A stretch of DNA of 64,000 nucleotides from Octopus sinensis (Eukaryota). The stretch is from positions 23,870,001 through 23,934,000 of the forward strand of contig NC_043000.1 in assembly GCF_006345805.1 (NCBI RefSeq), given 5' to 3'. The first letter of the stretch is position 1, and each line of letters starts with the position of its first letter. The position numbers and the translations under genes were made by a program. Positions 23,501-35,210 of the stretch are shown one piece after another. Under the pieces are notes generated by a model, which did no database searches, was not told where the DNA came from, and saw only the letters and a list, made by a program, of their open reading frames with translations.

Positions 23501-25410
23501 GAATGGATGCTGACAGCTCCATAAAGAAGTGCTGATCTCTCAAAGGAGATAGAGCACATGGAAGTGGGAGACCCAGTAGGACATGGGATGAAGTATTTAA
23601 GAATGACCTCAGGATGCTGAACCTTTCAGGTGAGATGACAAAGGACCAAAATGCATGGTGCCTTGCTGTACTCAAGAAGACCCTTTCTCTGCAGCAGAAG
23701 TGTTAAGACTGGTCCCTCTGGTGGTGAAAAGCACTTGTGGCAGTGCCATGTGAAAGTGCTTGTATGGTACCATGTAAAAGCACACTCTGTAAAGTGGTTG
23801 GCATTAGGAAGGGCATCCAGTTGTAGAAACTATGCCAAATTAGACTGGAACCTGGTGCAGCCCTCTTGCTTGCCAGCTCTGGTCAAACTGTCCAACCCAT
23901 GTTAGCATGGACAACGGATGTTAAATGATGATGATGATGACCATGCTGACAGAATATTTATAATTTAATATGCTACAGTCTTCTATAATAATAAAAGCAA
24001 AAGTCTGTCTGTCTGGGACCCCTTCTATCTCAGTCTACATTTGCTCTACGTAGATATATTACACCTTTTTGGAATCAAGATGATCCTGGGATTGAAAATC
24101 TGCCCTTCATTTGATTCTTAAACAACCAGCATTGGGATCTGATTTAAAAGCATTTTGCTGGCTATTTCTAGCAGGTAAAGCTTGGCTGATTCATGCCATT
24201 TTGGTTGGTGTTTGTCAGATGACATCAGAGATTAAGGAGGAAATAAACAACATTCACTTTGTTAATTTTATATCGAGATAAGAACTTTGGTGCAAATTGA
24301 CCAACAGCTGGAATTCAAATTGGGACTGGAACAATAGAATGATCACATTACAGAAATTATTCTCATCCATCCTTAACCTCTGCTCAAATACCACTGGGGC
24401 ATATTGTCATTATAGACTTATTATAGAGTACTTAGCTCTCTTTACTTTTGGGTCACAGGCCCAATTAGCCCTCTACAGAAGCCAGTGTAAAAGTTTGCAT
24501 GGAATGCAACTTTTAAGCTAGTATAAGATAAATATAAACATTTGATTTTTACTTGGATGTATAATATTACTGATATGATTAATTACTGAACCATTAGCAT
24601 GCTGGTCGAAATGCTTAGCAGCGTTTCATATCTTTACATTCAGAGTTCAAATTCTGTTATGGTCAACTTTGTTTTTCATCCTTTCAGGGTTGGTAAAATA
24701 AGTACTACTTGAGCATTGGGATCGATCTAATTGACTTACCCCCTCCGCCAAAGTTGCTGGCCCTTATGTAATGTTAAAATTATATATATCATCATCATTG
24801 TTTAACGTCCACCTTCCATGCTGGCATGGGTCGGACGCTTTGACAGGAGCTGGCCAGGCAAAAGACTGCACCAGACTTCTGTGTCTGTTTTGGCATGGTT
24901 TTTACAGCTGGATGCCCTTCCTAACACCAACTACCCCACAGAGTGGACTGAGTGCTTTTTTACATGGCACAGGTGTGGCTGTGTGGTAAGAAGCTTGCTT
25001 CCCGTTCTGGGTTCAGTCCCACTCCATGGCAGCTTGGGCAAGTGGCTTCTAATATAGCCTCGGGCCGACCAAAGCCTTGTGAGTAGATGTGGTTGATGGA
25101 AATTGAATTAAACCTGTTGTGTATATATATATCTATGCATGAGTCTTTGTGTCTGTGTTTGTTCCCCACCACCACTTAAGAATTGGTGTTGGTGTGTTTG
25201 TCCCCATAACTTAGCAGCTCAGCAAAAGGGATTGTTAGAATAAGTACCAGGCTTTTAAAAAAAAATTACAGGGGTCGATTCTTTTGCCTAAAAATTCTTG
25301 AAGGTAGTAAAAGATATAATGTTAATGTGTATATAATGTTAAAATTACATAAATATATATGTAATGTTAAAATTGTTATTCTCTTTTTCTATTTTCTTTT
25401 CTTCTTCAAG

Positions 25411-25562
25411 TCGAATCAATAATTCCAAATTATTTATTGAGATTCCTGATTACAAATGGCCTATCATATACTCATCTCATTACAACATCAGCTTTATGTA
25501 CTTTGAAAAATTACACCCTTTCGATGCTGGAAAATGGGGTAAAATACACAAATTTCTTAAAG
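25411..25562 (+). CDS. HDAC11: HDAC11 exon 2
   Basis: Polypyrimidine tract then aag; gtaaga donor; WPIIYSSHYNISFMYFEKLHPFDAGKWGK matches HDAC11 WPIVYS..YNI.F.GLEKLHPFDAGKWGK. Confidence 0.96.
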
Positions 25563-27791
25563 GTAAGATTGTAAAATTAAAACTCAGCAAATGTTATATT
25601 TTTATTTCTTAAATCATATCTGAAATCATTTTTTATTCTAAATTTTTTTCTAAGCAAGTTTTTAAAAAAAATGTATTCCAGTCAAAGTAAAATAAACAAA
25701 ATAACTAGGCTTATGTATTTGTTTTGGAAGGTTCTTGATGTGAAATCATGTTAAAATAGGTATAGTTTTATTTGTGGATGCTCATTTTTTCAACAAACAC
25801 ATGCACTATTTATTTGATCTTCACTTCAGCTTTATTATTATTTTTTGTTTATGTATTAGAGTCCTTTCATTACACATTCTGTGACCTTTTCAATCTGTTC
25901 TTTGTGTAAGATAAGAGAGAAGAGGAGACAAACTACCATCCCCAAGTATAACAAATAAAAAATGTTTGATGTTAATTTCCTTTCATTAAAATCTATAATT
26001 TTAGGATTCTATTTTTAGGTCTCTCATGAACCCTAGAACTCAAAAGGCCAGGTCAGTTTCATATTCAATGACCATCCCCACCCCCTGGATCGAATGCCAC
26101 TCCATCACAGAGTTAACTTCCTAGCTATTGTTGGAACTTGTTTACAGCTGAATGGACTGGAACAATGTGAAATGAAGGGTTTTGCTCAAGAACACAGTGC
26201 ACTGCTTAGTGTCAGAATTGAAACCATGATCTTATGGTTATGAGTGCAACACCCTAACCATTAAGCTGTATGCCTTCACAATAGAATTCTTAGATTTAGT
26301 ACAAAAGTTTCCAAATAATTAATTCAGTAGTTCAAGTCTCATAAAATCCCTTTTTACACACGAAATATCAGTTAATATTTAATGCTTCATTAAGGTGGCA
26401 ATCTGGCAGAATTGTTAGCACATAAAAGCACTCATTACACTCCCGGGGTGGTTGGCGTTAGAAAGGGTATCCAGCCATAGAAAACCATGCCAAATCAGAG
26501 TGGAGTCCAACTCATGCCAGCATGGACAACAGATGTTAAATAATGATGCTGATGTGTTCAGACTCTGCCAAAGTCAGCTTTGCTTTTCATCTTTTTGGGG
26601 TCAGTAAAGTAAGTACCAGTTGAGCACAGGGGTTGATGTAATTGACTTCCCCTAAAAAAACTGCTGGTCTTGTGCCAACATTTGAAAACCTAATTAATGT
26701 AAGCTCTACTAATTCAATAGAAATAGTTTGTATTTCTCTAATTACCATTTATTGTAGAAACTTCAATTAATTCAAAATTTTTTTTATTGTATTAAATCAT
26801 AAGATTATTTGTTTGTTTTTTTTTTATCAAGTACTGTAATGGATTGGACTGTATGTTTTCAAAATGATAGAAGCTATTCTTTACTCAGAGATCTCTCTCT
26901 GTCATAGAGTGGGTTTTTGTTTTCTAAGTTTCCTGCTTCTTAATTTGTAAAATCAAAGAGAAAGAGAAAGCAAGGGGGTGGGGTGAAGAGGGCAACAGAA
27001 AGAGCTGGAAGTAAAGATTAGCTAGTAGAATTTGAGGTGTGAGTGGATGTGGAGTGGAGATTAGCTGGTAGAAGCTACTCAGCTTCTTTACCAGCTGAGT
27101 TACCATGGAATTATGGAAGGAATGTGAGAACCATAACAATAACTTTAGAGAATGTTGAAATAGTTATCTTTTGTGTGGTGTGAGATGGTGACTGGACATC
27201 TAATGGAAAACAGTGAAGACAGCAAAATATCTTGGAATAATTAGGGAGAGAGAATTTTAACTACAGGAATAAGGAATTTTCTCATGGTACCAGCAGACAA
27301 AATGGAAAAGACATTGCCTTGAAGGATGGCAAGGGAGATGCACTGGAACAGCCACTCTGACTTGCGTGGCTTGCATTTGCAGACAGCAATTTGTATCCTG
27401 ATAGCAGTGAGCAGGGATATGGTCTGGGGACCAAGAACACTGGAGGTCTCAATTCCAACAAGCACAACCATGAACCTGTCAGAGTAACTGAGACCTTATT
27501 TTTCAGCCCACTTCTCTTCACATCAGTCATTAGAGCTGTTATGGAGGAGTTCACAGCCAAGTAGCAAATAGGTACTTCTGTTTGTTCTAGTTAAATCAAT
27601 TCAGCTGTATGAGAGTCTGAACTGAAAATCTAGACATTTATTTTTGTTTATGACAATGGAGGTTTTCTATTTACAAAGATTACTATCGGATTTATCCCAA
27701 CATGAAGAAAATGTCCAATTAATGCTTTTATACAATTTGTCAGTTGTTTTACTTATTATTCAATCAAAATGAATTAATGTTATTTTTTTAG

Positions 27792-27892
27792 ATGAAAAGT
27801 TCCTTCAAGATGACACCACTGTGGAACCAATAGAAGCTTCAGAAGATGACTTATTGGTAATCCACCCACAGAAATATCTCAAGTCTTTAAAG
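27792..27892 (+). CDS. HDAC11: HDAC11 exon 3
   Basis: ttttag/gtattt; DEKFLQDDTTVEPIEASEDDLLVIHPQKYLKSLK. Confidence 0.95.
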
Positions 27893-30381
27893 GTATTTCA
27901 AGTTATGAGATTTAGATTATGTTCTCGTTCACCTTGAGTTTTGTTTGATTCTAAATTTATTTTAATTTTAATTTAATCTTTTTTTGTTGAAATGAAATGT
28001 ATGTGTGTGTGTGTGTGTTTATTTTAATAAACACATGCACATAGCAATAACTTAATACTTTGTTTTTTTGTAAATTATTTGAACTAAAACCCTTGTACTT
28101 AATCCACACTTTGACCTTAGACTAACTAGACTGTACTTTAATTTAAAAACCTGCATGTGTATTGCCAATGTTGAAATATGCATGTAAGTTGTACCTAGCT
28201 TATTAAATATGTACTTTAGTTACTACAGTACTTACTAGATTGCTGTATAATGTGCTAATATTCAGTGCCAATAATACTTTCACCATTCAGCGAATTTGAC
28301 TTATGTATAAATATTAATATCTAAAGTTCATATAGTTTCTAGTTTATCTTCTGATCACTAGTTTCTAATTTTACTTTCCATTTACTTCTAAGAATTATGA
28401 TCTAAAATGGTCAAATGCTAAAATAAAGTAGATTGGGGAATTTGACCAATATAATAGATATATTAAGGTAAAAACACTGATCTAAAAAAAAAAAAAAATA
28501 GTTGACTATAAATTGGAATTTAAATTCAAGGTTGTTGCAATTTTGTTTTTCACTGTTTTGAAATTTTTAATTGATAAAATCAGTCGACTGATTTTCATAA
28601 AGTAATATGTTGTCAGTTAGGAGGAAATTAAAATGGAAAAAAACATCAATCAAAGTTTGATAAAAGGCTAGAATGTTTTATTGATTATAATTTAAAATTT
28701 TTGAAAAATATTTTATTAAATTCTTTTTTGCTTCCTACTGTTTTCATTTATGATGAAAACAACTCGGCAGAAAAACAAATAATACTTATATTGAAAATCC
28801 TATTTTTGCAATTGGCAGTCCGATATTTATATAGGGTTTTTTGTAAATTTAAGTTTACTCAATTTAATTTTAAATTTCCTTGATTTATTCAGAAGCTTAT
28901 ATAATCCATTTTAACTGTTTGTTTTTAAATGTTAGTTTAACACTTGAATTGAAATATATTTTAATATTTTCATGTCTGTTTAATGTGGCGAACTGGCAGA
29001 ATCGTTATTGTGCTGGGCAAAATGCTTAGCGGCATTTCATCCGTCTTTATGTTCTGGGTTCAAAAACACCAAGGTCAACTTTGCCTTTCATCCTTTTGGG
29101 GTCGATAAAATAAGTACCAGTTGTGCACTGGGGTCGATGTAATCGACTTAGCCCCTCCCTCAAAATTGCTGGCCTTGTGCCAAAATTTGAAACTGATATT
29201 TTCATGTCTATACTATAAATTAAAATAAAACACTGGGTTTTTACTTTGCATATTTAATTCATTACCCAATGTTTTAGTGTATTTGTTTCCTTGTTCATAT
29301 TGCATACTTTAACAACTTTACATTTTATTATTTAATTAAAAAAATTTTTTTGTACTATTTGATATTTTTTCAATATTAGCTCTAATCAGTTACCAGTATA
29401 AATTATTGGCATTGAATTTTAACCAACTCTGCTTTTTAGTAGGTTCTTTAAAACCACCATCCTAATAACATTTCTTCCCTGCATCTTCCCCACAGCTTCA
29501 CACCATTTTGGAAGGACTTATTGAGGTGGGACAACCTTTTGTTTTGTAGCTGTTCTGTCACACCATTTTTGTCATTAGAATTCAACAATTTAAGCTATAG
29601 TCGAGTACTTTAAAATAAGTATTCAAAATTATATTCATTTTGGTAATTTTTTTTATGCAAATTCATTTTTCGATTCCACTGATATCTATATCAGTTGTAT
29701 ACAAACAGAATTATTCCTCCACATAAATGATTTGATTCTATTATAATAAAAATGCAACTAATTTTTAAAAATCTTTTGCATTTTCTCAATGTAAGAAAAC
29801 TAAATTTGTAATTCTCAAGCATTAAACTTATGGTTTAAGTTTCAGTTTACTCGTTATTACCAGCCATTGATTCATTTATGATTAATAATTGAAATTTAGA
29901 TATTGTTGTTTAAGAAGTAGCAAATTATTTGTACCCTAAACCTTTTTGATAGGAACTAAGTAGTTGACTGTTTAGGTTACAGTTATTTAATTTATCCTGA
30001 ATTGATAACTAAGACAATTGTCCTCAGATATGGTTTTTATCTTAAAAAGAAACAAGGCATTTAATTAGCTACATGGTCCACTGTGGATCAGTTAATTTTG
30101 AATTAACCTGAATTAGTTTCGTTTCTAGCTATAAACATTTCCTCCTGGCTTGATCATGTTAGTAAGGGATTAGGCCTTGACACACGAGATCTAAGCATGT
30201 AGTACAGTAACAATTTGTTTGAGGAAGTGGTAAGATGATGATGAGGGGCTATGGTATATCCTCCTTGTGTTCATACGGTATCTCTCAGAAATATTCAAAT
30301 TTAGGGAGTGGATCACTGAAGAAAGAAATAATACTGTTTAGACAGTACTATCTACTATTCTTATTTAATTCCTGCAGTATT

Positions 30382-30752
30382 AGGCACAGGTGTGGCTGTG
30401 TGGTAAGTAGCTTGCTTACCAACCACATGGTTCCGGGTTCAGTCCCACTGTGTGGCACCTTGGGCAAGTGTCTTCTACTATAGCTTTGGGCTGACCAAAT
30501 CTTTGTGAGTGGATTTGGTAGACAGAAACTGAAAGTGTGTGTCTGTGTTTGTTCCCCGAACATCGCTTGACAACCGATGCTGGTGTGTTTAAGTCCCCGT
30601 AACTTAGCAGTTTGGCAAAAGAGACCGATAGAATAAGTATTAGTCTTCCAAAGAATAAGTCCTGGGGTCAATTTGCTTGACTAAGGTGGTGTTCCAGCAT
30701 GGCCGCAGTCAAAATGACTGGAACAAGTAAAAGAGTAAAGAGAGTAAAAGAG
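30382..30752 (+). mobile_element. tRNA-derived SINE family B
   Basis: Head ggcacaggtgtggctgtgtggtaag through tail aagagtaaaagag. Confidence 0.85.
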
Positions 30753-33439
30753 TATTGTTGCTGGCAAAAACGAGTAGTATCTGTAGTTCAATGGGCCAGC
30801 CATGCCACATTCCTTGTCATGCTGAAACTCCCTGAGAACTACGTTAAGAGTACGCGTGTCTGTGGAGTGCTCAGCCACTTGATTGTTTGACAAGCAGGCT
30901 GTTTTGTTGATTGGATCAACTGGAATCCTTATTGTTGTAACCAATAGAGTGCCAGTTAACTGTTACTGTATTCTCCTGCCGTTCCATTAGTGAGTGTTTG
31001 TGTGCTTCAGTGCTATGGCTATGATACAGTCATGAGTTGAAACCCTACACACAGCCAATGTATACTACTCCAAGATAAAAAGCATTACATTTTGTTCTGA
31101 TTCAAGTTTGTCTAACTGTTGACAAGTATTCTTCCTACTTTATTATCAAGTAGTTAGAACTCTGTTGGATATGCAACTGTAAAACTATCCTCTCTGACAA
31201 ATACCCGCAATAATATTAATATATGTAAACATTGAATGCTCTTATGCTAAAAGGACTGTAAAACAATAATAAAAGTGCTGTAAATAGAAGTAATTATGAG
31301 ATAAATATAGATAAGCAATCAACCCTACTCACACCCATACCTTTCCCAAAGATATAAACTGCATAAATGAAACGAACTAGCTACAACACACAATTGAAAT
31401 ACCTTCACAGTTATACTAATCTAAAGCGCTCCTTGTCTAAATATAGAGATTTATGAGTGTGTATTATGGCTAGTTGACTTAGCTCCTGCTTGCAAACTAT
31501 TGTTTATGGCTGGTTGAGTTACCCCCTGCTTGCAAACCATTGTCTATTAGTGCATTTTTTTTTTTGTTTAATTTTTTTACATTATGATATGGAATATCTG
31601 TAGGCCTACTGCTCTTTGCATGTGTAACTATGGTAATAGATGTACTGTAACAATATAGGCTTTGATCTCACAAACAAGTCACACGAGTTTCTCTATTCTG
31701 TAATTTTCTAACATTGCATTGTCTTCCCTAATGTTGATACTCAAGACAATCTGTTGTGTGCAGCAGATATGTCTCAAAGATAGGAGACCCAGAACAAAAC
31801 ACTCTCCATGCCTCAATTTGTTTATTTCTGCCTACAAACACACAGACACATACTCATTTACACACAAAAAAGAAAGGAGGATGGCATATTCTAAATGTAA
31901 AACAAAAGACAAAAACAAAAAATCCTACAAAGAAACCAAGCAGTTATTATAACAAATATTTCTTATATGAAATATTTGATGTCAAAAAAGAAAAAAGGAA
32001 TTTTAAATGTTTGTAATAAAAAATCTATTAAACAGCAATTATAAAAGTATTGAAGTGTTTTATAAGTCATATATCAATGGTTTTATGTCGTCATCATTTA
32101 ACGTCCGCTTTCCATGCTAGCATGGGTTGGACAATTTGACTGAGGTCTGGTGGACCTGATGGCTGCACCAGATTCCAATCTGATATGGCAGAGTTTCTAC
32201 AGCTGGATGCCCTTCCTAACGCCAACCACTCCGAGAGTGTAGTGGGTGCTTTTACGTGCCACCGGCACGAGGGCCAGTCAGGCGGTACTGGCAATGGCCA
32301 TGCTCAAATAGTGCTTTTTATGTGCTTCCTGCACAGGAGCCAGTCCAGTGGCACTGGCAAGATCCTCGCTCGAATGTTTTTTATGTGTTTAAAAAACCAT
32401 ATTAACACCCAGCAAAAAAAAAACTTTATACAGTCACTGCAGCTTCTTGCAATAACATCCAATCTCCATCATGTCATACTGACACATTAAATAATAGATA
32501 CACATTATCTGGAACTAAATAACAACCACAATATTGGTTTCTAATGTTGAGAGAACAAAAATTATTTTAATTTTAGAGAAAGCATTGTTGAATATCTGTT
32601 TAGTGTAGATACAAACACTTGTTTTTGGATGAATATAGGGATTTATTGAACCCTTTTGTTACCTTATCTCTGAAATTCTCTAGCCTTGTTTTGGTTAATT
32701 TTGAAAATGAAGAATTTAGTAAAATAACTTTGTCAGTATTAATATGGTGTTTGATACATAAATTAACATTAAATTTTAATGGAAGGTTTATAATTTAGAA
32801 CACTTTAAAACCAGAAATTTGTATTGTAGAACAAAGAGTGATTTAAAGTTTATTGGCATTAAACAGTCAACAAAAAATATATTTGAATTAAGAAATTTAA
32901 TTAGTTATTAGTCTATCAAAAATCAATTTTTGCATTTTAATTGATCTGTGAAACCTCAAATCAATTTTGGTTAATAAACTGGTGAAAGATGGTGTGACAG
33001 AATTTTTAAGCATTTAGATGTTGTCTTATAATTATTTTTTGCTATTATCATTAATTTAAATAAATATCATTATGGTCATCCTCATTAGTTATTATTATCT
33101 GGCAGAATCATTAGTGAATCGGAAAAAATGCTAAGCAGCATTTCTTCCAGCCCTTTACATCCAAATTTTGTCTTTCATCCTTTCGGGGTTGATAAATTAA
33201 GTACCAGTTCAGTACTGGGGTTGATACACTTCATTAGCCCCCTCTTCCAAAATTTCAGACCTTGTGTCTATAGTAGAACGGATTATTATTATTATTACTA
33301 CTACTACAGCAGTCAAGTAGCACATCTAAGTAAATACACAGCAGTACTTAGTTACAACTCTACATTCTGTGTTCAAATCCTGTCTGGGAAAATTTATTTT
33401 CAGTCCCTCTAAGTTCGTAAAATGTGCACCTTTAATATA

Positions 33440-34646
33440 TTAGGTTGGAACAAATGCAAACCATTTTCAAAGTAAATTTCAATAACAGTATTTAGGTATT
33501 TGTACATACTTTTATTCAAATACATCTGTCCCGTTCAGTTCTGTTACCTTTTACCAACTTTGAGGCAACTTCATGATCCCATCTTCCCAGAACTTGGCAC
33601 CTTTTTAGGTCATGAACTGGTTCAAGTTGTTTTTACAGTATTTCAAAGAATTGAAGTTCTTCCCATTTAAGAGAATTTTGTAGAGATTGAAATATATGGT
33701 AATTCAAAGGTGCAAGGTCAGATGAGTTTGTTGGGTGTGGTAGGACATCCTGGCTAAGATGTACCAATTTCTGCTAAGCTTGCTATGTAGCATGAAGTCT
33801 AGCATTGTTCTAAATGGAGATAACACCCTTCCAGTTGGCCAGTTCTAGACTTTTGTCTCCTTTAATCAGTCTGACTGGGAACAATAATTGTCTGAATTCA
33901 TCTGATTTTGTGGAAGGAGCTCATGATACACAATGCCCTTACAATTCCACCAGTTAGAGAGCATCACTTTCTTTGGAGATTGACTAGCTTTTGGACTGAT
34001 GAAAGGTGGTTTATTTCATTTTCTCCAGGACCTTTTCCTTTCCGCATTGTTGTAAAAATTCATTTTCCATCACTTATGATCGTTCTTTTCAAAAATGATT
34101 CATTTTTATTACATTTGAACAGAGAATCACAGATGGAAATGCAGTTCATGTATCCAAGTGTCTTTAAATGCTTTATAATGTTCATATGAGATATGTAGAG
34201 AATCTCTGCAACGTCTTGTTCCATGTGACCTGGATTAGTTATGATTAACATTTGATTTGGCCATCCTCAACAACTCTAGGGCTGCCAGAACATTTCACAG
34301 CTTTCCATATCTAAATTTCCACTTCTAAACTAAGTGAACCACTTATGAACCATCCTTTCAAGCATGGCACCATCTCCATAAACTGCACAGGCCTTTTTTG
34401 CTGTTGTGCAGCACTTCTCTCCTTTCTGGAAATAAAAGAACATCAAATGATGAAAATGCATCTCATTTACCTCCATTTTCACTTTTAGAGTAAAAACAAT
34501 AGAAATAACCTAAACACAATAATTATGTAGGAAAATGTATTGAAATGTCACCTTTCAGAAAATATATTGTATTCTTCTGTCATGTAAGAAACATGTTTTA
34601 AATGCCACCAACTGAAAAATGGTATGAACTTTTGTTTCAACCCAAT
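33440..34646 (-). mobile_element. Degenerate, near full-length mariner element
   Basis: TA-flanked left TIR ttaggttggaacaaa and right TIR ttttgtttcaacccaa; minus-strand peptides CISICDSLFKCNKNESFLKRTIISDGK and DVLPHPTNSSDLAPLNY resemble mariner FLKRIVTGDEKW and HPPYSPDLAPSDY. Confidence 0.85.
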
Positions 34647-34769
34647 GTATTTTTAAAAAAGCTTATTACCATTATTAAAGAAGATAATAGTGTGAAAAAC
34701 AAAAATAGTGGAGAAACAGACCCTGTGCCTCATGGTATTTAGTTTCATCCCTCATTTAGGCTCAACTTT

Positions 34770-34985
34770 AATCTTTCATTATTTACATTTGACGGATATT
34801 TGTCCTCATCTTGTTTGTTGTTAACACAATGTTTTGGCTGATATACTCTCCAGCCTTCATCAGGTGTTTTGGGGGATATTTCGAACCTGGGTTCTCATTC
34901 CTAAGGTAATTTTTTGATATTATTATTATTGTTATTATTCAGGTCACTGCCAGGAATCAAACTCGAATTTTTGGGTTAGTAGCCT
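34770..34985 (-). mobile_element. tRNA-derived SINE (family E) carrying a hammerhead-like motif at 34823-34868
   Basis: B-box gagtttgattcc, (AAT)n, then AACAC CTGATGA A GGCTG...CAGCC AAAA CA TT GTGTT. Confidence 0.7.
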
Positions 34986-35004
34986 TTTGTCTGTTGGAAT
35001 ATGG

Positions 35005-35210
35005 CGTAGTGGTTAAGAGCTCGGGTTACTAATTCCAAGTCCTATTCCAGGCAGTGACCTGAATAATAATAATAATAACAACATCAAAAAATACCTTAGA
35101 AATGAGAACCCAGGTTCGAAATTTCCCCAAGACACCTGAAACAAGATTAGGACAACTATTCGTCAAATGTAAATAATGTACATAATTCCTCATCTCTTAA
35201 ATATAGAACT
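35005..35210 (+). mobile_element. Second family E SINE, inverted relative to the previous copy, hammerhead segment deleted
   Basis: A-box tggcgtagtggtt; gacacctga joined directly to aacaag. Confidence 0.7.
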
